The position numbers and the translations under genes are program-made. A DNA stretch of 64,000 bases from a virus (lineage: Duplodnaviria > Caudoviricetes). Shown here piece after piece: positions 50,738 through 58,400 of this stretch (the first letter of the stretch is position 1; every line of letters begins with the position of its first letter). The DNA lies in the IMG/VR virus record IMGVR_UViG_3300023047_000002; one strand, 5' to 3'. The notes under the pieces are model-generated. The model was not told the DNA's origin and searched no databases. It saw nothing but the letters and a program-made list of their open reading frames with translations.

Positions 50738-50786
50738 CAAAAAGCGAGCTTCAAGCACACATCCTTTAGGCAGTGGGCAGTTGTTC
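50738..50786 (+). mobile_element. Degenerate single-hairpin IS200/IS605 element
   Basis: TGAC|CAAAAAGCGAGCTTCAAGCACACATCCTTTAGGCAGTGGGCAGTT, similar to 29403 in opposite orientation. Confidence 0.5.
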
Positions 50787-50817
50787 GCTGTTAATTCACG
50801 CATTGGAGTACAGTTAC

Positions 50818-51915
50818 GTGTTAGCTCAGGAAGAGAGACCATCAAAGTTTTCTGAAGTTGTCGGCGAAGATGAAAATAGTCGAATTCTTCTTAATATCGC
50901 TAAAGACCCTTCAAATACACCAAACACCATAATTCTGTCAGGTTCGTATGGCGGCGGCAAGACGAGTTCTGCACGTCTGTTTTATAAGGCATTATGTTGT
51001 GACCGACTTCGTTCTGGGCAGTCCAAGGATATCTGTGGTTTATGTGCTGCGTGTATGCGTAATAATGCACCTATCGGTGAGTGGAAGTTTTACCATGAGT
51101 ACGATTCGAGTACTGTGAACAGAAAGGACGCAATCCGTGGTATCATCGATTCGTTTTCTTATGGAACAGGTGGCAGGTGGAGTGTTGTAGTTCTGGATGA
51201 GTGTCACCAGCTTACTCGTGACGTGCAGACATTGCTTCTGAAGGACTTTGAAGAAGGGCATCCTTTCCGTAAGTTTTTGTTATGCACAACAGATCCAGAT
51301 AATCTGTTACCTACTATACGTTCTCGTGCTGTTGAACTTCACTACACGACGAAGTCTGTAGTTCTTATCGAAAAGACGTTACGTAAATGTGCTGACAAGC
51401 GAAATATTAACGTTCCTGACGAGGTGTGTCGTATTCTCGCACAGCGTAGTCGTGGTTCGATGCGTAATGCGTATATGCTTATGGACCGTTATCTTTTGTC
51501 CGGTCGTGACGTTTTCATGCAGGATACCGAACGGTTTTATCGCGGAATTATTGCCTTTGTTCGGCTTTTACTTCAACGGAATCTTAATTCAGGTTCCGTA
51601 CAGATAAAAACGGAATACATTGAGAAAGTATTTGAGAGTCTTTTATCGTTACCCATCGCGATGTTTGTTGAGGAATACAAACGTTTCTTTAGCGAGATGC
51701 TTCGTGTGTCATTGTTCCCTGACAGCCCCGATGTTTCGGATGCAGTTAGGCGATTTGTTTGTGATAAGCCTTTGAGCGACCGGCACATTAACTGGAACGG
51801 ACTTGTTCGATACTGTATGCAGTCTTGGGTTCTTGAAGGATTTACAGATGATCTTGGTGTTCAAACGATGCTCTTATCTTTACTGTCAGGGTCTGATTCG
51901 TTCGAGATTGGGTAA
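50818..51915 (+). CDS. dnaX: Clamp loader ATPase, DnaX (gamma/tau)-like
   Basis: VLAQEERPSKFSEVVG, GSYGGGKTS, C...CGLCAAC, LDECHQL, TIRSRA, GSMRNA. Confidence 0.88.
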   Translation: MLAQEERPSKFSEVVGEDENSRILLNIAKDPSNTPNTIILSGSYGGGKTSSARLFYKALCCDRLRSGQSKDICGLCAACMRNNAPIGEWKFYHEYDSSTVNRKDAIRGIIDSFSYGTGGRWSVVVLDECHQLTRDVQTLLLKDFEEGHPFRKFLLCTTDPDNLLPTIRSRAVELHYTTKSVVLIEKTLRKCADKRNINVPDEVCRILAQRSRGSMRNAYMLMDRYLLSGRDVFMQDTERFYRGIIAFVRLLLQRNLNSGSVQIKTEYIEKVFESLLSLPIAMFVEEYKRFFSEMLRVSLFPDSPDVSDAVRRFVCDKPLSDRHINWNGLVRYCMQSWVLEGFTDDLGVQTMLLSLLSGSDSFEIG

Positions 51916-52011
51916 GTGAAAGCAGCACAAATTTTCTGTCAATTTCTTGTCGTAAGTTTGGTGTTGTGTTAAACATAGGAAAGTCGGACTTTTGGTTCAC
52001 GGGGTGTGTCC

Positions 52012-52701
52012 ATGTACGAGTTAAATGGTGAGTTGTCGTGGGAAACTGCGGAGTACGTTGGTGATGATACGGGTGAGGAGCTTGAGCTTTTTTCCGAAAA
52101 TGCTGACGATTCGGATGATACGCAAGATGGGTCTATTCCAAACGAGGAAGCCCTTGATTTAGCAGCGGTTTTCTCAGCACGAAAAGCAACACAGCTTTTA
52201 CTTAAGAAGTATCCTGATGCATTCAAATACGATCCAAAGTCCATGACTTTGGATAAGTTTCTTGACGATAAGGGTTTGACTGAGTTCGGATGGCTTTACA
52301 TTCAAATGCTTGCATATTCTGTGTCTGGAAAGTATTACAGAAATGAGGACCAGAACAGTTTAAACACACTCGCTGTCTCTGACTGTGCATCTTGGTTAAA
52401 TCACAAGGTACGATTTTTCACAGGTAAGATATTGAACCTTCGAGCAATTCTGTACACACGTATTCGCAACACGATGTCTAACAGTCTGTACAAGGATAAT
52501 AAATACCTTCCGACTGAGGATACTGTGCTTGATCTTAATGCTTATAACGACAAGTCAATACACACGTATGGGGTTTCTGATGAAGTTTTGGATTACGTGT
52601 TCAGTAACAAAGAAGAAGCTCATGCCATGACGTTAAAGATTTTTGACTTGTCAAGAGGTATTACGAAGCAACCCAATAAAACTCTGTTTCGTCTGTCTTA
52701 A
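52012..52701 (+). CDS. Possible sigma-factor-like protein
   Basis: LRAILYTRIRNTMSN resembles sigma region 2.3-2.4. Confidence 0.35.
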   Translation: MYELNGELSWETAEYVGDDTGEELELFSENADDSDDTQDGSIPNEEALDLAAVFSARKATQLLLKKYPDAFKYDPKSMTLDKFLDDKGLTEFGWLYIQMLAYSVSGKYYRNEDQNSLNTLAVSDCASWLNHKVRFFTGKILNLRAILYTRIRNTMSNSLYKDNKYLPTEDTVLDLNAYNDKSIHTYGVSDEVLDYVFSNKEEAHAMTLKIFDLSRGITKQPNKTLFRLS

Positions 52702-52793
52702 CATGAATTGTAGGCGGTAATGGATAGTGGTGAAGATAACCAAGACTGATAAGCTGTTAATCTGTCAGTTCGTTTGCATACAGGAGTTTTACG

Positions 52794-53150
52794 ATGCCAA
52801 GAAAGCCTGGCGGTTTAGTTGTTTACACAGAAATGCCTGTGTCGCACAGGGAAGTTTTATCTGAGTTGCTTGATAGCATGAGTGACGGCAATATCTTTCG
52901 ATCATTAGAGTATGCACTCGGTGATAAGTTCATTGAGATACTTGATTTGTGTCAAGGCGACAAGATAGAATTTCCTACATTTGAAGAGATTGAACGTCGC
53001 ATTCTATGCGTACAGATTTACATGCATTACAGGCAGACAAAAGACTATAAAGCTACGGCGGTTAAGTTTAAGAAGACTGCTGCATTCGTTGAAAAAGTTG
53101 TGAAGACAGTTCGGGCAGAACTGGAAGAAATGGATTCAGAATACGTTTAA
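52794..53150 (+). CDS. Mor/C-family transcription activator-like protein
   Basis: L...GDKIEFP followed by RI...IY...YKATAVKFKKT...V.KVV HTH; 118 aa. Confidence 0.5.
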   Translation: MPRKPGGLVVYTEMPVSHREVLSELLDSMSDGNIFRSLEYALGDKFIEILDLCQGDKIEFPTFEEIERRILCVQIYMHYRQTKDYKATAVKFKKTAAFVEKVVKTVRAELEEMDSEYV

Positions 53151-53166
53151 CTTTAAGGAGAAAATC

Positions 53167-53970
53167 ATGGCTGTCGAAGAAAGACTTGTTTTACCTTCAC
53201 GTGGACTCATTTATCCTGAAATGAATGGTTTAGAGTATGTAACCATTACGCCTTACAAGTCAAAAGCATTTCGCGATCATATTCTGAGTGGTTCATCGGA
53301 AGCATCCATTGGTCGGTTAATTGACACGTGTCTTGTTGATTGTCCACTCAAGTCTTCTGACTTTCATGCTTCTGACTGGACGGCTATTATTTTCAAAGTG
53401 CGTGCGATGTCGCTTGGAAACCTACTTAAAATGAAAGCCACATGTCCGTACTGCAATGATGTGCATGATATTGAATGGGATTTGTCTTCAATTCCAGTAA
53501 ATTACTTTACACCTGACCAATACCCGTTTGAAGTCGAACTTCCTGAATCACATGACCATGTTACTGTTATGGTAACAACACCGGCAATGATCGAGAGAGC
53601 ACAAAACCTTGCTAAAGAGCGTGCAAATAAAATGAGGTGGGATGCTAAAACTCTCAAATCTGTAACCTCTGCGTACACATACGTGTGTAATCTGTTCCGT
53701 GCTGGTTCTGATATAGTTGCCATAGCTGACTGGTATGACAACCTTCCTGTACGTGATGCTGTCTACCTTACTCATATAAATAAATCTATTGGAGAGTTTG
53801 GTCCCGACATTGAAAAGCATATTGAATGTGCATCATGTGGTCAGACTTATTCTGTGATGTTGAGGGTAGATGAGAGCTTTTTTCTGCCCAACGTCGGAGA
53901 GTTTGGAGGGGTTAAAACAACGACAGGAACTCTGGAAGGGGGTTTTCAGGCTCCAAGTAATGCTGAGTAA
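53167..53970 (+). CDS. Baseplate hub assembly protein (T4 gp26-like)
   Basis: LPSRGLIYP, D...IIF.VRAMSLG, CPYC, LPES, CASCG...FF. Confidence 0.75.
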   Translation: MAVEERLVLPSRGLIYPEMNGLEYVTITPYKSKAFRDHILSGSSEASIGRLIDTCLVDCPLKSSDFHASDWTAIIFKVRAMSLGNLLKMKATCPYCNDVHDIEWDLSSIPVNYFTPDQYPFEVELPESHDHVTVMVTTPAMIERAQNLAKERANKMRWDAKTLKSVTSAYTYVCNLFRAGSDIVAIADWYDNLPVRDAVYLTHINKSIGEFGPDIEKHIECASCGQTYSVMLRVDESFFLPNVGEFGGVKTTTGTLEGGFQAPSNAE

Positions 53971-54160
53971 ACATGCAAACATCGGGTTCGATGTGACTGA
54001 CAACATGACAATATTTGAGATAAACAGTGCTACGGAAGTCCTTGACGAGTATTACAAGGAGCTTCGTAAACAGGCTAAAGAAGTGCAAAAGACCGCTGAG
54101 GGTTCGGTCTCTACTACACGAAATGTCTCTGACGGTGACTTGATGGATTTCCTTCCATGA
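53870..54160 (+). CDS. gp51-like baseplate hub assembly catalyst
   Basis: L.KH.NI....DNMTIFE...L..Y.KE, following the gp26-like gene. Confidence 0.55.
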   Translation: MRAFFCPTSESLEGLKQRQELWKGVFRLQVMLSKHANIGFDVTDNMTIFEINSATEVLDEYYKELRKQAKEVQKTAEGSVSTTRNVSDGDLMDFLP

Positions 54161-54783
54161 AAATTAGACTTCATATCGATAACCAAATGTGCATTGGTTC
54201 TGGACTCCATCATACCGACACGGTTGTGATGGAAGTCTCTTTCTTTATGTGGTTAAAGGCTTTCTTTTTTGGATTGGACTTGTGTTGTACTTCGATGATG
54301 TTTCCAAAACTCGAAGCAGACAAAGATGAACACACAAACGAGATTAATCCTTCCTTGATACAGACTTCAACGTCTACTCCGTCTCGTTATGAACGACGTA
54401 AATCTGAAACCAAACGTGTTGTGCATAAAAAGACAAAACCAAAGAAGATTGACAAAGTCGTGCATAACGATGTTGATGTGTTTGGTATTCAGTTTGATGA
54501 CAGTACGGTTATCTTCCCAGACGGTCGAAAGGAATTTGTTACGTCTTCGTCTGTTCCAGAGTATGAATCAAAAGAGAATCATGTAACAGATGAAGACGTT
54601 ATAAAGGAGCTTCCAATTCAGCCATCTTCTGTACAGTCATCGACACCGCTTAACCTTGTGCAGCACGTTCAGTCAGAGGATAAGGTTGAGGTTGATTTCA
54701 GAAATCCTCCACATTCGCCGAGATGGAAGCCTCGTAATCTTCCACCTGGGCCAGTTCGTAAACCAAGAACGGAGAGTTTGTAA
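54157..54783 (+). CDS. Hypothetical protein
   Basis: 208-aa ORF with overlapping start and stop. Confidence 0.6.
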   Translation: MKIRLHIDNQMCIGSGLHHTDTVVMEVSFFMWLKAFFFGLDLCCTSMMFPKLEADKDEHTNEINPSLIQTSTSTPSRYERRKSETKRVVHKKTKPKKIDKVVHNDVDVFGIQFDDSTVIFPDGRKEFVTSSSVPEYESKENHVTDEDVIKELPIQPSSVQSSTPLNLVQHVQSEDKVEVDFRNPPHSPRWKPRNLPPGPVRKPRTESL

Positions 54784-55334
54784 TGGCATTGAAATTCTTT
54801 TACGGTACTGTAAACAGTGCAAAGTCAATGACTCTTTTGGCACGTGCACACGCATGGAAAAAAACCGGAAAGCGCGTGTGCATTATAAAACCTTCTGTTG
54901 ACACGCGATGTGATGGCGTACAATCCCGAATTGGAATATCAGAACATGCAGACATAATACTCAATACAGATGATTCTCTAGCTTTATATTCTTCAATGTT
55001 GCGAAACTTTGACCTTGTTCTTGTTGATGAGGTTCAGTTTCTTACTTCATCACAAGTACATGAACTTCGATTGATGTCTGCAGGGTTGTTGTGTGACGGT
55101 GTACTTCCGGTTGACGTTCAATGCTTCGGTTTAAGAACTGTTTCTGATGGGCATCTGTGGGATAGTATTAAAGTGCTTATGGCTGAAGCTGATGAGCTGA
55201 TTGAAGTGTCAACGGTTTGTGCTTTCTGTCACGAAAAGGCTGTTTTCTCCAAGGCTTTGGAAGAAACAGATGAAGACATAAACGTGTCTTGGGGAGCTTT
55301 CATCCCTGTTTGTGCCTACCATTTCTACAAATAG
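54783..55334 (+). CDS. tdk: Thymidine kinase
   Basis: YGTVNSAKS, KP.VDTR, VDEVQF, FGLRT, CAFC...C..H. Confidence 0.92.
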   Translation: MALKFFYGTVNSAKSMTLLARAHAWKKTGKRVCIIKPSVDTRCDGVQSRIGISEHADIILNTDDSLALYSSMLRNFDLVLVDEVQFLTSSQVHELRLMSAGLLCDGVLPVDVQCFGLRTVSDGHLWDSIKVLMAEADELIEVSTVCAFCHEKAVFSKALEETDEDINVSWGAFIPVCAYHFYK

Positions 55335-55365
55335 GTTAAAATTCTTTGTCGCCATGTCTCGTCAG

Positions 55366-55405
55366 TGGTGCTGTCACATTCCTATTGGGTATTGTGTGGT
55401 ATTCT
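55366..55405 (+). promoter_or_regulatory. Phage promoter TGGTGCTG-N23-TGgTATTCT
   Basis: Motif family. Confidence 0.7.
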
Positions 55406-55457
55406 GCGTGACATGGCGATTTTCGTTTAACGCCATATTGACCATAGGAGAATCATA

Positions 55458-58400
55458 ATGGCTGATGATAAGAAGAATTTGCATAAGGGTTATGTTCATT
55501 ACATTCCTGCCGTTGAAGAGAAAGATGATTGGGACAAAGATTTGACCTTTGTGCTTATTCGCACTCTTGATGAGCTTCGCGTTCACGATGTCGAACATGA
55601 CTTTACTGCATGGGATACTGAAACAAGCGGACTCGACCCGGACATGGATTATCTTGTTGGGTTTTCTTTTTCCTTTGACGGTAAGACAGGGTACTATGTT
55701 CCTGTCGCCCATGATGACATGGCTCTTGGTACTGAAGCTGTTGAAATTTTCTATTCCATTCTTAAAAAGACACGTAAAACACAGTTCCTTTTTAACTGTC
55801 GATTTGACCAGCGATTCCTTGAGGCTGCACTAAAGCATAAAGGTTGGACGCTTGATGGGATGTCGTACTACGATGTTCAAAATGCAATATGGCTTGCTGA
55901 TACTAATGTGGTTATGCCTTCACTCAAAGCGTCCGCTCGCCACTTTCTTGGGTGGAAGCCGAAGACGTTCGATGAGACATTGGGCGATGCAGTCACATTC
56001 CAACACGTTCCCGCCGAAGACGCTTATTTTTATGCTTGCACTGATGCGTTAATGACATATCAGTTGGCTCTTGTATCGAATAAATTCTACCGTGAAAATC
56101 TCCCGGCAAGTCGGTTCGATAACAATATGCTTTATCCACTGATGCGGCTTGAGAATACACCTCAGCGTCTTGATACGGAGTATTTAAAGAGCCTTGTTCC
56201 TCAAGTCGAAGCTATAATCGAACGCACACGTGAAGAAGTTTACCGTTTAGCCGGAACACAATTCAATCTGAATGCTCCGCAGCAGTTCGGAAAAATTCTT
56301 GTTGAACGCTTTGGTGTTGATACAGGTGCACGTACAGCAACCGGAGCCATGAAAGCTGACCTGAAAACCATTGATGCATGGATGGTGAAACACAATGCAG
56401 TAATCGGACAGGACATTAAGGATTTCATTAAGGCTTACAAGGAATACAAGAAGACAGTCAAGTTCAAGTCATCGTACCTTGACAAGTACATTAAGGCAGC
56501 AAGTGAGCAGGATATTTACCCAGTTCGTTTTTCTTACAAGACTAACAGTGTTCCCACTGGGAGGCTAAGTTGTGGCACCTCTGCAAAGAATAAATTTTTC
56601 ACGAATAATAACGTCCAGTGCCTTGAAGAGAATACGTCTGTTATCACATCAGAAGGAATAAAGCCTATAAAACATGTAAATACTGGTGACTTAGTTTGGA
56701 CAGGTTCTGCTTTCGTTCCGTGTGTGCAGCTCGGTTCAAAGCAGAAGAGATGTGAAACAGTGTGGACGTATTTCGGAAAGATTACTGCATCTCTTGAGCA
56801 TAAGTTCTATACGCTTAACTTGTATACTTTCGAGCTTGAATGGGATGCACTTGCTTCTGCTATTGCACAAGGAAAACCCATCGTAAGAAATACCGAAGAC
56901 GGTGGATTTACATTACGTGAATTGCTTGAGAATGAGACGTTTAAGAAATCTATGCTTCTTAAACCTGAACTTTCAGGTGAGCGTATTAAAGAACTTGAAA
57001 ACCTTTACGCTGATATCCGTTTCGATATGATACGTAAAACTGATAATTTCTGGTACCCGAACATCATTCCTCCAAAAGTTACCGTATACGATTTAGAAGT
57101 GCCTACGTATGAACGGTTTACGGCAAATGGGTTTATCGTTCATAACAGCACACCAAAGCCTCATGCTGTCCTGCTTAAAGGGCGTAAGGCTACTGAGCAG
57201 GAAATAGCTGAGAAGAAAGACATTCTTGGATGGTATTTCTCTAACGACATTCCAGACGAAGAAGCAAAGGGGCTTGTAGAGGGGATGGACCCTGACAATC
57301 TCAATATCCGACGTGCTTTCTTGTCTGAAAATGACCAGTGTTATGTGGTTTCAATCGACATGTGCCTTGAGGGTGGTTCGCCTGTTCAGACGAAACACGG
57401 GTATATGGGAATATGCGAGATAAAGCCAGGCGATGAAGTATTGTCGCCGCAAGGATGGGTTACCGTGAGCCGCGTGATGCGTACAGGCGTGGAAAAAGTA
57501 ATCAAAGTTTTCCCTGATAATGGTGGTCAGGCAATCTACTGTACTGAGAATCATCCGTTTGTCATCAATGGGGAAAAGGTAAAAGCAAAAGATATTAAGG
57601 GTAAAGTTCCTAGCGTTCCGTTTCATGCTTATGTAAAGGAAAGCGTTGAGCGTAATAAAGTGATTGAATGTTTGTCTTATTTGAAACAGTGCAAAACAAT
57701 AAAAGAGGCTTCACATTATGTTCTCGAACATGACTTGAAACTCCTTATTGAGGATGCCTTGGAAACTTACACACGTGCAGAGGTCTCTAAATGGTGCGGC
57801 ATACGTGTGTCGTCTTTCGGTCATTTTATGAATGATCTTGGAATTCAACCTACTGGAAAGGAATTTTGTTATCGTCAGAGCAAATTTTACAATAATGTGT
57901 TTGAAGGCGAAAGCACTCCCACGTCAGCATATCTTTTCGGGTTCATTCTGGGCGATGGGAACATCAGTCGGCGGCGAGGTGATTATCTCACGTTGAACAT
58001 ATCGTCAAAAGACGAAGCACATCTGCGTCAGATATGCAACATCTTTGGCGAGGATTTGAACATTCGCCATAATGAAAAGAAAGGTTGTGAATGGTGGTGC
58101 TTGAACATACCTAGTCGCGACATCTGCAATCGTTTGCTTGAGTTGGGTATTAGCGAGCGTAAATCAACAGAACCTAGTCATGTAAACTTTGAATGGTTAG
58201 GTGATAACTTCCGTCATTTCATTCGCGGACTTTTCGATGCGGATGGTTATGTGAGAATTACGTCCGTGCTCGACGTTAGTTTTGTTGGGCATGATTCCTA
58301 TATCACGGAAATAAAGAAACGCATTGAGGGTCAGTGGAGTTATAAATACACGTCGTCCTTGTCTCATCTGTCGTTGCTTGGAACTGTTGAACAGCGAAAG

